A stretch of 64,000 nt of DNA from Sphaerodactylus townsendi. Its lineage: Eukaryota. This document shows, one piece after another, positions 24,058-36,926 of this stretch. A program made the translations under genes and the position numbers. Each line of letters starts with the position of its first letter. Position 1 is the first letter of the stretch. The stretch is from the NCBI RefSeq assembly GCF_021028975.2, contig NC_059437.1:32798001-32862000 (forward strand), written 5' to 3'. The notes under the pieces were generated by a model, which was given only the letters and a program-made list of their open reading frames with translations, was not told where the DNA came from and did no database searches.

Positions 24058-26776
24058 TAAGGCAAGGAACCTGGAGTGTCCAGACCTAACTGGGTCCCAC
24101 CCCAGCAAAAAATCCTGCATACTGGGCCCCCCTCTGTGCCCCACAACCCTGGCTGTCTTCAGTTCCTTTTCCCACCCAAGCACTCCTATGCCGCATTCCC
24201 AGCCCCTGGCACCTTGCCCTACTGTCCTGTGAACTGCAGCCAGAAAAGTTTGCATTCTCTGCAGGACCCAGCCAGGTTGTTCACTGATGATGCATTTACA
24301 GAAAATGCTCCAATTCGTGCAACAGCATGTTGCCTCCAAAGTCCATAAAACTGTCACTCTCTAGGTTGCTGATGAAAACCTAAGGGAATCTCAGAAGCCC
24401 AGATAAAAAGCTCCCCCACAGCATTTTTACAAAATGTTTTTCCTGAGATTCCAGCAGAGTATAATAGTGCCAGCTGGAGTGGGAAGAGAGACGTTAGGGG
24501 GAAGCATTGTGATTGGAACATTCAGAATCTAAGTTTTCATCTAAAAACAGCCATCGAGAGGAGGAACAGCACTCACAGTAACAAGGAGGAGGAATCAGAG
24601 AACTCAAAGAAGGTCCCATCAAGAGGTGACAGTCACCGGCTCTTAGCAGAACAAGGATAAAGGGACCCCTGGCTGAGGAATGATGCTTCATTGCTGCCAT
24701 GAGGGACTTACAAGTGTGCAGCTTCCCATAGGACTGGGAGGGGTGGAATTCCTAAAGGCCACCTACTCTGCCCAGCAGCCTGCTATAGCTACACCTATTT
24801 CTCCACCATCACACAAGTCATCCATCCTTTCAATCCAGACCACAATGTGCCATCACACTCAAGTGGTTTATGAGCCATTAACTAGAACGCTACACCAGTG
24901 GGGAACAACATAAGAGTAGGCGCTGGCTAATCCTCGCCCATGCAACCCAACCACGGAGCACCAAGAAGACCAAAGACAATCCAGGCATGGAGGGATTGCT
25001 GCAGTGTATTTTGAGATCAACGCAGGGAAGACATAACATCCTCTTCACTACCAAATACTCCAGCACCTCACAGGTTAACGCTATCAGTAGAACAAGGACA
25101 GCTTAAAAGAGAGGTTTGTTGAGGAGCCTTTGGAATCCACCAGCTGAGGACCTGCATGCATGTACCTGCAAGCTCCATCAGTCCAGGCAGAATGAGAAAG
25201 TCTGTATTGGAAACCTTACTAAAGGGGAAAGAAGGGTCCCTGCTGTCCTCTGATGCTCAGGTTTGTTTACAGCAAAATGCACAGGAGAAAACCTCCCCTC
25301 TTTCCCCAAAATGTAAGAGATGCAACCAAGGTAGATGGCAGAGGTTTGTCTACACTCACCTGTCACTGGGAAGTGGAAGAGGCTGGAGGGAACTGCTTAG
25401 AGGACAGACAGCGCTCCAGCGCTCCTGCCTACAGACAGCTGGAAGTTGTGGGGAAGATTCAGCCTGGAGGGGCTGGAACTGGCCCAATAGGGAAGGGCTC
25501 CTTACTGGCCAGGGGTTTCCTGGCCCCTCCCTACTCCCAGGGGGAGAAGCCATTCTCATTCCCTCACAGCCAGGAAGTGGGGAGGAAGTGATGTGCAGAG
25601 AGATAACACTGCACACGGAGCAGACGGCGGTAATATCAGAGGCCGGAGACCACCCCCCAGGGGAATGGGGCTTCCTGGCTCTGCAAGCAGCAGTCATCCT
25701 GCTGCAAGACCCACGGCTGAAAGGAACTCCAGGTTGCCTGCTTGGGAAAGAAAAGGTTCCAGTAGTCCCCAACGCACAGCACCTGCTAGCCACTCTTACT
25801 TACAGCAGGAGGCAGGCTGCTCTACAGAGGGGCTGTTGCTGTCCCCAATACTGAGAGGTCCCTGAAAACAGGGAGACTCCCCTCAAGTTCTGGACTGGCA
25901 GGGGGATTTCCAGAACTCCATCTAGTGGAACAACTACAGCCGCCTCCTGGCTCAGCCTCAACACTCACCCCACGCAGGAAGCGGCTGGGACAGAGCACAG
26001 GAAGGGTGAGATCACTGCCAACTCTGTGCTGGAAGCGATGAGATTGGGGCGAAAGAAGCCTGGATGCTCGTGAGCGTGGATTTGCTGGCGAGGGCTGGGC
26101 AGGAGAGGAGGGCAAAGCCAGGGAGACTAACCTGGATCAGACAGCCCTGCAGCTATCCAGACAGGCACCTCCGCCTTGCCAGCAAGGACTGTGGTGCGCG
26201 GAGGTATTTGCACACACATGTGTGTGAAGGTTAACAGCAAGATCCTCTGGCTCAGTGCAGGAGACCATACTGAAAGGCAGATTGTGACTTTTAAGTCATA
26301 TATAGGGTGGCCAAGAAAGAAATTCACAGAGAGACAGAAACTTCCCTGAACAGTCTTTAAGAAAGAATTGGTGAAGGGATGTTTCCTTTCCTGCCGTGAA
26401 CCTTGTAATCTTTTTTTTAAAAAAACCAGAGATCTTATGATACCCACATAATGCGGAAGCATCTCTGCATTACTATAATTACGATCTCTATTTCGGGAAT
26501 AAGCTCAACTTGCTGCTGTGCTGAACAACATTCTGCAAAGTTCAAAAGTCTACACACTTTCCCACAAACAGCAGCTGCCTCAAAGAAATCTACTTTATAT
26601 CTCAGATCTGTCCAATTATTACATGTTGCAGAACAGCAGTATCAGCAGTTCTAAATTATTATATTACGGATAATGGCAGCCCGCTCGAGATGGTGTCCGA
26701 ATTTGGATGGACGGAGGAAAGGGAGCTGCTTTTGTGATCCCCAATAAAAGTTTCGGTCTACAAATCTTAATTCCTG

Positions 26777-26790
26777 CCACAAGGGGGCAG
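26777..26790 (+). promoter_or_regulatory. candidate CTCF site
   Basis: CCACAAGGGGGCAG, close to the CTCF core consensus. Confidence 0.45.
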
Positions 26791-27000
26791 CAGCAATTCA
26801 GCCAAAGGATTCCAGAATCTGATAAGGGAGTTGGAAAAGATGGCACAGGAAAGGTATGGAGGGGAGCCGAAAAGACTGGCCTTTTGTTGTGGCATCACAG
26901 GAAACTCAAGTACCACCAAGCAAGCGCTTCTGCAACTGCAGTGCCCAGTAGAGCTGATGCAGTAAAAGGACAGGACAGGGGACCTCTCCAAGGGCTAGCT

Positions 27001-27148
27001 CAGAGATCTACAACCTGCGGCTCTGCAGATGTTCGTGGACTACAATTCCCATCAGCCCCTGCCACCATGGCCAATTGGTCATGGTGGCAGCGGCTGATGG
27101 GAATTGTAGTCCATGAACATCTGCAAAGCCGCAGGTTGCATACCCTTG
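27001..27148. mobile_element. palindromic hAT (Charlie/Buster-type) MITE
   Basis: Hairpin; exact TSD GGCTAGCT (26993-27000, 27149-27156). Confidence 0.88.
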
Positions 27149-27205
27149 GGCTAGCTAAAGTCTGGTCCGCTCTTGACTCTGCTCCAGCTGCCTGGCACCT
27201 CTCAC

Positions 27206-27357
27206 CTCCTGATGATCATCTTGAGTGTGCGGTAGGAGCCCTTGATGAGGATCAGAGCCTCCTGCCGAGAGCCATACAGCGGGGTCCCGTTGATGTTCAC
27301 CAGCTCGTCCCCAGGGTGCATCTTCTGTGACAAGGCTGCCTTCCCGCCATCCTCCAC
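27206..27357 (-). CDS. SHROOM4: SHROOM4 coding exon 2 (PDZ)
   Basis: CAG|...|GTGAG; VEDGGKAALSQKMHPGDELVNINGTPLYGSRQEALILIKGSYRTLKMIIR; 152 nt, phase 0/2. Confidence 0.96.
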
Positions 27358-27389
27358 CTGAACCAAAAGAAGGCCAACTGTAATTCATT

Positions 27390-27597
27390 TAGATACTTAT
27401 CCCTCACTTTTCTCCATTACAGAGATCCAAAGTGGCCTACAACACTGTTCTGCCATCATCCATTTTATCCTAACAACAATCCTGTAAGGCAGGCGAGACT
27501 GAAAGTACTGGCCGAAGGTCAACCACTGGACTTCCATGATAGTGGGGATTCCCACTGAGATCCTGGTCCCGGACTCTAACCACACCACCGTGCTGGC
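27390..27597 (-). mobile_element. older diverged SINE (Squam3/MIR-like)
   Basis: Minus strand GCCAGCACGGTGTGGTTAGAGT head and CCTTACAGGATTGTTGT body. Confidence 0.55.
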
Positions 27598-30500
27598 TTG
27601 TGAGAGCAAACAGGCAGGCTGTGCTCCTGCTCAAGGTCTTGTCAACACCCCCCCAGGCACTCCCCAATTTGCCCAGCAAGCGGCAGCCCCCATCAAAGGA
27701 GCCAAGGAGAAGGAAATGGAGAAAGACTATCCGGCCTCCTCTTACAAACATAGCAGCATTCTTCCCAAGAAGCAGGTCATGCTTCAAGCAACAACCCCTT
27801 AGTGCGGCACAACCTCTCTCCTCCAAAGTGAGGCAGAAATGAATACCAGCTGGAAATTGCTTAGTTTAGCATTAAAGAGAACAAACAAGCCAACTCCCCC
27901 CCACCCCCTCCCAGCCACACACAATTCTCCTGTGCCCGACTGGCAGCAAGTCCAGGGAAGAGCTTTAACAGAATGGAACACCACAGAGAGTGCCACCAAA
28001 TACCATCCCGCATCGCAGGGCAGTCTCTCATCCAGGCAACAATGCACCCCTCCTTTCTTCTGCAGCTGATATCTAACAACCTTTATTTAGAAAGCCCAGA
28101 TACCACCACTCCAGAAAAATGTTTATAGTTGGCAACAATACAAAGAATGATAACATCATTTTTGATAAATAGGGGAAAACCCACTCATATCAATACACTA
28201 ATAAAACCTCAGCCAGAACACAAAAACGGCATAAAACGTTCATCAGTCAAAAAATAATCCTCTTTAAAATAGTCCTCAGGCTTATCAAGGGAGATGTTTC
28301 TGATCAGGTTTCTCTTTACCTACTTCTCTGTTCATACCCTCAACCCACAGGAGAGATGGGGGGCTGGAACAATCTCCTCCCTTCCCCAAACAGCTCACCT
28401 GTGACCTCTCTCAACTCCAGATCACCTCCCAATTTAGGGGCCAATAAACTCCCCTTTTCTTGGCTCTTCATCCAATAGAAACTATTCCCCTCTGCTCTGG
28501 AGCCTTCCATCTTCTTGACCTTACCCAGAGAGAAATAGTCCCCTTTCTCTTGGATACCCCCTTTGACAAGGGAACAAGCTACAGTCTATCCTCACCTCCT
28601 GGCTGTAGAGCAGGGACCCTGAGGAGACGGTTCTGACAGCAACAACTCCAGGACCAAGCTGGGACAACAGAACCAGGCACGGCAGAGAGCTGGGCTTGGC
28701 CACCCTTCTCCGTCACAGTCACATGAAACACAAAGGGGGCTCCCTCAGCTGCTTCCCCCGCGGCCTGGCAAACACAAGGGCCCATTGTGCTGCCAAAATG
28801 CCAGTGGGACTGTCCAGAACCCACACAGGCCTTGTGATGCTGCTCGCCGGAAGAGTCCATGCTCAAGCCATGCCCAGCAGTGCAAGCCAAAACCATTCTG
28901 GCTAACAGAATGGATGATTGGCGGGTAGGAAAAATGGATGATTGGCAGGAAGGGGAAAACACAGAGAGAGAGAGAGCGCAAATGGAGACCTCACCACTAA
29001 GTCATGTGGTTTGACAAGTGGTCAGGCATACCCCCAAAACATTGATGACTTTGATTGGAAACAAGACCCCCTCCGGGCTAGTAGGTTCAGCTCTCCAATT
29101 CTGTCCTCAGGTTTGCAGGGACAGGCTAATATCTGGGGCCCTTGCAGAGAGAGATGCCACTTCTAACCTAGCAGATCCCTGCTACAATCTACAAACACTG
29201 AAGGGCACTAAAGAAATGCCAGCATTTCTTCATCTGCTTGGCTACCCCACGAGGCCCCAAAAGCTTGGCCCAGACACAAGTCCCAAAGTATCCAACTTCA
29301 CACACATCCAACTAAGATTCTCCCAAGGCCATGGCACGTGTTGACCAATTATGGCTGCTGAGACTTTTAAACACACACACAATGCTGAGAAGCTTCTTAA
29401 CATGGGAAGAGCCTTTCTAAGCCAACCCAAAGGCCAACGACAGAAGCCACCTGAGAAAATAGTTCAGAAGCTGCATGAATTGCCGCCCACAGTTAATCCT
29501 GGGATATGTACAAGTCAAGAAACTTTCTCAAAGCTATGGAGGTAGGCAAGATGCCTGTCTAGGCTGCGACAAGATTTCAAATCCCGATGGACTCCCGTCA
29601 CTTCTGAATGAGAGAACAGGGTTTAATAAGCAAAGTTGTTGAGTGGCGGGGCACAGTAATGTGAGTAATTTGTCCAGACTGCATGAAGGAGGAGAAAAAC
29701 CTGCCCTCTCCCACAGAGTGGAACCATCCACTGATCCCCAACAAAGAACAAATTCTGCTGAACAAATTCTGAACGGACAGTCACTCCAACTCTTCAAGCA
29801 TTACCATTCCTTGGAAAGAGCTAAAACACATGATTAACATTACAAAATTCCCCAAGAAACCCCTCAGCTTCTCTTAAGATCAGAATCTCAACTGATGAGA
29901 AACTCAAAAGGACAGGATGAGACCCATTTTTAAACAAACGTATATGGGAGATACTCTGTCACTCAGAATTGTTAAATTCAAAACATCTCCAGAACGGCAA
30001 GTTCTGCAGGCTTGCTAATGCTAAGGAATACCTGGCATTAAAACCAACAAATGAACTCCAGCAGCCAAGGACTCCTGTCCTCAATTGTAACGTAAAAAAC
30101 CCCAAACCTCCCGAGGTATGTTAATCACATACAGATACATGTGCTGGGGCTTTGAATACAGAATCTGTCATTTATCAGTGCTATAGCAATTTGCAGTGGA
30201 ATTGCCTCCTCTTACAAACATAGCAGCATTCTTTAAATGCAGTGAAAGTCCAGTTCCACATTTTGAAACTAAGCCGCAATAGTTGGGCAGATCTTAAGAA
30301 CACAGGTTTGCCAATAAGGCAAAATCATTACGGTAGTCCGCAAGAACTGTTTACCTTCCTATAGAGGTGTGGAATAAAAAGTTCCAAATCTCTTCCAAGA
30401 TACACCCTTCCTGAACATCCATAGGGGATTCTTATCTATACCTTATAAAGTGGTTATTTGAGAGACTATGAAAATAAAGTCTCCTTCACCATCCGAACTG

Positions 30501-30615
30501 CTGGGAAACCATCACCTTCCCACTTTCCGGAAATTACAAAGTCTAGTCATTCTTTTTAAATAATCATTTTCTAATGGCAAACTGATATGCCATAAGTTAG
30601 CCTTACCCTCAGGAG

Positions 30616-30751
30616 CACAGGTGTCAAACTCGTGGCCCTCCAGATGTTATGGACTACAGTTCCCATCATCCCCTGCCAGCATGATGCTGGCATGGGGATA
30701 ATGGGAACTGTAGTCCATAACATCTGGAGGGCCGCGAGTTTGACACCTATG
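30616..30751. mobile_element. palindromic hAT MITE
   Basis: CAGGTGTCAAACTC...GAGTTTGACACCT with the same internal GGACTACA.TTCCCATCA arms. TSD not clear. Confidence 0.8.
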
Positions 30752-32092
30752 CCCGGGCTCAGTGGATCGCAGAATGCTTCACTCAAATTCTGATGGGGAC
30801 CCAACTCTGCTCTGCTAGCAAGAAGCCTAATTGCAGCTTGAGGGCACTCAATTGCAGAAAACAGAGCACACTCCATTGGAGGAAAAGGAAGCATGTCTCA
30901 CCCTTCCAATTTCCCCTCTCCGTGATCCCACCACCCCACCTAGCCTCTGCTGGTTCTCCCATGCCCCCGGTCTCCCTACATGTCTGCTGCAGCTCCAAAC
31001 GCACGGAGCACAGCTAATGTACAAAATCAGCACATTCTCTCCAAATGCCACGAGGGGCTGAGCTCAGATCGGAAAGAAAACAAACAACCCTCTGCTCTAA
31101 ACTCTGGGTCTGCATCCCATGCATCTCAGACACATTTCGGAAATAGAGTCCAGATGGGGACGGCCAGCACAGTCAGAGGGCCTGGCACACTCAGAGCAAG
31201 AAGAGAGGCTCTCATTCCTCAAATCCCAGCTGGAGGCAACAGGGAGCTTGGAGTTTGCTAGGGAGGAGCAAACAGCAGGCCTGGACTGTAAAAATGCTGG
31301 ATGCGGAGGCTGTACACATATGTCTGAAGTCCCAGTCATGCGGGCTCCTGCCAGAGGTTTTCAAACTGCCTCCCAGAGAAGTACAGGATTCTCTGAAAGT
31401 TTGTCAAAAGTTCCCACACTAAGTCTTCTCCATCCCCATCTACAAGGGGAACGTAGTTCTCAGAACCCCTGCAGTTGCCTGGCAACTTTTCCAGTTTCCA
31501 AGAGCCTCAGCAGCCTTCTGAGTCCAAGATACCTCTCCTCCTGTAGGTACCACGATGGGGTTCTAAACATGACGCAAATGGCCCAGGAGCATTGGGGTGT
31601 GGCAGGCAAAGAACAGAGAAGCCAGAGTACTTGACAGCCCAGGTGAAGGAGGCCAAAAGCCAGTTCATCCATCTGTGGCACCAAGCCCAGGCAAGACTCG
31701 GCAACAGGGGCACGGTGTCTAGACGCTCCATCTATCTGGGGAGTCTGGGAATCCCATAGTGCAATTACTAATTAGATGTAGTGCCAAGAACATCAATTAT
31801 CAAATGTTCCCCATGCTCTCAAAAACAAGATACATGGAATAGCCTGGTTTCAAAAACAAAGATTGAAGAAGAATGGGGCAGTTTCAGAAATGCTGGAGCC
31901 CGAAACTGCCAGGCAGCTCCATGGAGAGCCCTAGGCAAATAGAGGATTTATGTGAAAGGGAGTCATGAAGCAGCAATCCATTTGGGAACGTTTTTAACCA
32001 CTCCACAGTTCTGCCCCAAAACTTAAATCTAAACTAGTCAGAGCAACCTGAGAAGCTAATTTTGTAAGTTGTGTACTGAGATGCCTCTAACG

Positions 32093-32227
32093 CAGGGGTC
32101 TGCAACCTGCGGCTCTCCAAATGTTCGTGGACTACAATTCCCATCACCCCCTGCCAGGATGGGGTGAATTAACTGATGGGAATTGTAGTCCATGAACATC
32201 TGGAGAGCCGCAGGTTGCAGACCCCTG
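32093..32227. mobile_element. palindromic hAT MITE
   Basis: CAGGGGTC...GACCCCTG; TSD CTCTAACG/CTCTAACC. Confidence 0.85.
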
Positions 32228-33129
32228 CTCTAACCCAATATTTCTATAGGCCAACAGTGCTTTCATCTCCACAGGGAAACAGGCAAGGTGGCAGAGAGGC
32301 AGCAATTGGCTTCTTGGACAAAAAAGACTCTCAAGACCACACACCCACCCACATTGCCCCAGTGAAAAGAAAAACCCGGGCTGCACAAATGTCCCTCCAC
32401 CCATATTAACAGTGGATGCACAACAGAGCGCATCAAAACCCAGGAAGGCTAAGACAATAACTTCCAACCTCTCCCAGCCCACTCCAAGACAAGGATATAA
32501 GGGCATCTTTCTTAGCCTTCAGGTAGCCATGATGAAGGGAACCGAGGTGGGAGCACAGGAAACGGAACCTTCTGCCACACATGCTGCCGGGGATTCAACC
32601 AACTGATACCTGATAAGCTTTGGGGACGTGAATTCTGAGCTCGGAATGAATGATCCAAATTTGCATTTAATTAACTTCTCTAAATAGTGGCTGCCAAATC
32701 TGGAATTTCACTTAGTCTGGAACTGTGAAGGGTGAGGAGGAGGAGGTCTGAGGTTGGGAGGATATTAGTGAAACTTTCAAAAGAGCTCACAAAGACAAAG
32801 AGATCCATCATCATTGTCCTCCTGCTATAGATTAGGCTGCAAGAAGATAAGCAGACGTGCGCCCCTCCCCACAGGAAACGACTGGCCTGCGGCTGGCTGG
32901 AACTCATAGACCCCCTGCTGTGGGTGGAAGTGCTGCCTCCTCCCCACTTTCTGGATTACAATGCTGCTTGGCAGCAGCTGCTCTTCACACCACAAGTGAG
33001 ATGCAATCGGAGGCGGCTGTACAGATGCACAATGCAGGACCAAATTGAAGTAAAAAACCCTTGTTCATTCATGACTGGCTCCCTCCAGACCAGAAGACCA
33101 AACCATGATGGGGATCCCCAGACTCGTTA

Positions 33130-33500
33130 GTGGTCAGGTACTCATACCCTGTATTGGCCTACTGTAACAATACACTACACAGGGCTGCACCTGAAGAATA
33201 TTCAGACACTGTGGGTAGTCAGTCCTGAGAGAGCTGGCTATATGGGTCTCATTATGCCAGAGTTGCATCATCTGTACTGGCTTCTAAGTGGTTTCTGGAC
33301 CCAATTCAGGTGCTGGACTTGACCTCTGGAGTATTAGTCCAGAGTGTATCATTTTCCTGTTTGGACCTACACAGAATTTGAGATCTTCCTCAGAGCCCCA
33401 CTGCATTTGCCTTGTCTGCCAGATGTGAGATGAGAAAGGCCTTTGCAAGAGTGGCAGCCAATTTGTGGAACTCCATGGCCAGAGTAGCAACTGAAACCCA
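33130..33500 (+). mobile_element. decayed L2-like LINE 3' fragment
   Basis: Remnants resembling YCN..Y.GL, L..L.WL..(F)..QF.VL of the L2 ORF2 C-terminus. Confidence 0.5.
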
Positions 33501-36028
33501 CACTATTTCCAGTAGTGAGACCTAGTCTAACTCCATCTCTTCCATTTTTTATGACTGTAAAATATTTGTTTCTAACTTCTGATGCTGCTGCTGCTGCTTT
33601 GTACTGGGTTTGGTTGTGTTTTGTTTGTTTGATAATTTCATTGGATACTGGTGGTTTTAGATAATTAGTGAGCTGTTCTTCAGAGAAAGCAGAGAGAACA
33701 GGTCCTCCGGCCACTGCTGACGTACAAGATGGGGCAGTAGAAAGGAAGCAACATTATGGATCCTGTGTCTGTTAGGCAGAGTTCTCTAACTACCAAAATG
33801 GGTAGGGCCAGGCCTGCCAAATTGGAGAAAGGAGGAGCCGTAAGTCTTTTGGCCCAAAACCAGGTCCCAGTTTCCAGGAGGGAGTGGGAAAGAAAAAGGG
33901 CCGGGCCAGAGCACACACAAAAAAGGGAGTTCACAGGCTGACGGCTAATTGTGGCACAAAGAGGCCCTTGTTCTTGCCTGGGCAGCTGGTGACTTTGCCA
34001 CAGAACAGCAAAGAAGATGCTAGCTGTCCTTGCCATCCTGCTGTCAAGGAAAAGATAGGAGGGACTCCCTTTCCATCACCACTGAGAGGGACTCGGCACA
34101 TGCTCAACCCTGCATCTCTTGAGCACATACAAAATTCCAGAAAGTTACTCCAGTTTGCATCAGCTGTATGCTCATTAACCCAACAGTGACCAGCAAGTTG
34201 CAAAAAGAGTGGATGGTCCCTGGCAAGCAAAACAAAAAGGATTGGGGCAAACGGAAACATGGCAGGAAGCTATGGGAAGAAGGAAGGAATTCTGGTTGCA
34301 TCTAGGAGGCTGAAGATCTAATCAAGATGTTGGTAATGCCTTCTCCAAAACTTACCAAACAGTTTAGGCTTAAAAGAAAAACAACACACAAAGAAGTCCA
34401 AGCATATAGGAGATCCAGATTTGGTGCCTGATTTTAGACACTATGCTTATCCCCCTCTCCCTCCAAGAAGCTCAGGGCTCCTCTGCATTTTATCCCCACA
34501 AATACTCTGAGATGTTGGTCAGGCTGAATGTGCAACTACTAGTCCAAAGCCACCTTGGCTACTTCATAGCGCAACAGACACTTGAAACAGGTCTCTAAAA
34601 TCCAAGTCCAACTAGCTGCTATATCACATCGCCTCTCATTGTGATACCACCATGAAGAAACAAGCCAAGTTCAGAGGAAATAACCACTCAATGCGTGGGA
34701 GTTACATGCTGAAGACCAGCCCCACCTGGGACATCAGTCGGCATCCTGAGCTTCATTCCCTTAACAAGAGAGACGTTCTAGATCTATAGTTCAGCTCCTG
34801 TTCAGCTCTATTCACTTCCAGAGGTGTCTTTCTTCACTTTCAAATGTCATCCAATTCTTCTTCCATACAGATATTTTGGTACATTGTGGCTCCCATGTAG
34901 CAGAACTGTTTTGAGAAGCATCCTCACGACCATCATCTCCTCCTCTCTCTTTTTTAGTCCTCCTTCCATATTTCCCCCCACTTTGCTGTGACCTTTTCTA
35001 CACCTGGTTCGGTGAGATCTATTCAAAAGATCACAGTCAAAGCACCCTAGCAAGGAGTACCGAAGGGAAGGTGCATAATTTGGATACTCCAGTCCACATC
35101 AGCATTATTTTCCCTGCCTCAATTCCCTTCAGCTGCCCCCCCCCTTCCACACACACACATTAACCAAATTTTTTTTAGGGCTTACAAAAACAGAATTCAA
35201 ACAGTTGTAAGTTAATTACCCTTGTTTAGTCCGCTGTGCCCTAAATCCTCTGATGGTGGGTGGAGGGAGGGAGGACAGGGGACTGAAGAAAGGAAACAGT
35301 GAGAGAAACAAGCATGAGGATGTTCCATTGCTGCTGCAAAGGCCCCTGAACCTGCAGTGGTAATGAAGAGCAACATGGAGAGCTGTTGCTGTGAAGAAGC
35401 AGCAGCAGCTGTCTCACATGCAAGGTGGCGATGCAAGGAAAATGGAAAAGCTCTGCTGTGTGGAAGAGGCCAACAGCCACTTCTCACAACTATCCCAGCA
35501 ACCACAGGGGCAGAGGGAGGTCTATTCCTGGCCCAGGTGGACCTGCTCAAACAAAAAGCAGATTCCCTTCCCGGCATGCCCCTCGCAAGCAACCCTCCAG
35601 GATGCAGCTTCTAGAGGTGGGTCCTGCAGCACACAAGCTATCTCATGACGAGGCACTACAAGCAAGGTTTCGCCTTCAGTCCCTGAAGCCGTTGTGACTT
35701 ATAGGCCTCCACAGATGCCAAAAGACAAAAGTCATCCTTTACACACCTGAAATCTTCTCCTTTCCTCCCGCAGGGACCAATCCAGTCCTGGCATCAAGAA
35801 GGCATTCCTCCCAGGGGAGTGGCCTTGCCTCAAGCACAAGAACCAAATGCCAAAGCTGGCAGTGCAGGAACAAGGACAGTTAATGATTCACTGTGGCTGG
35901 CCCTGGCTGATCTACACCCAGCCGACTCTCCTGGCAGACAGCCACCCACTTCAGCCCATCTAGGAAGTGGGTTGGGGGTGTATACAGATGGTTAGGAAAG
36001 CTTTGCTAACCTGAGTTTATTTCACACA

Positions 36029-36168
36029 GGCCACTTCCACACATGCAAAATAATGCACTTTCAATCCACTTTGCCGCTGGATTTGACTGTGGAAAATAGC
36101 AAAATCCACTTGCAAACAATTGTGAAAGTGGACTGAAAGTGCATTGTTCTGCATGTGTGGAAGGGACC
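36029..36168. mobile_element. palindromic MITE, PIF/Harbinger-like
   Basis: TIR GGCC.CTTCC.CACATGCA; 3-bp TSD ACA. Further copies at 36797, 40258 and 61644. Confidence 0.75.
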
Positions 36169-36796
36169 ACAGAGATTCACGTAGCAACACGAAAAAGCAT
36201 GCAATAGTGGGGTCATGGTGCAACATCAGCAGCAACACCTCCAAGAGTTCTGTATCCTTTCCAGTTATTATCACACACCCTCCCTGCCCATCAATCGATC
36301 CAACAGTGTGTGTGTGTGCTAGCATCTCCAGCAGGTTCAGGCTGATACTGCTTCACACATACAGTCTGTCTATCAAGCAGTCAGGGAGAAAGAGTATGCT
36401 GGGAGGAGATCAGTCCATAGCTGGGGGAAGTGGGTAACCAAAATTGTGTTACACACTGTTTCTCCGTTTAAGTATTTTTGAGGCTTTTTTAACTATTGGA
36501 ATTTGACTATTGCAAGTAGAAGCTTCACATTTTTTAAATTGGATATTCACTAAAAACATACATGTGCACTTTTTTTTTTTAAAAAAAAGGATAACAGAAC
36601 ATTTCAGCCATCATCTTCTAAGCCCATTCTCACAACTATGAATGCTTAGGGCTCTCCCTTAAAACCCTGACATTGCTCCCTAGATAAATGACCAGAAGAT
36701 AGAAAGCTGCAGTATACTGAGTCCACTGCCATTTGTTCCAACTTGCAGGGTCTCTCCCTTGAAAACAGAAAGGTCTTTTTCCACCCTGCCATCCAA

Positions 36797-36926
36797 GGCT
36801 CCTTCTGCACATGTAGAATAATGCACTTTCAATCCACTTTCACAATTCTTTGCAAGTGGATTTTGCTATTCCGCACAGCTGCGAAGTGCACTGAAAGTGT
36901 ACTATTCTGTATGTGCGGAAGGGACC
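36797..36926. mobile_element. palindromic MITE, PIF/Harbinger-like
   Basis: Same family as 36029-36168. Confidence 0.75.

Noticed and set aside
25156-27330. ORFs of 232 aa (25156-25854) and 207 aa (26707-27330)
   Set aside because: Intronic and antisense to SHROOM4, partly MITE-derived, with no recognisable homology or splice logic.
29400-30590. Possible decayed LINE fragment
   Set aside because: Composition is suggestive but no diagnostic motif could be read; RepeatMasker is needed.
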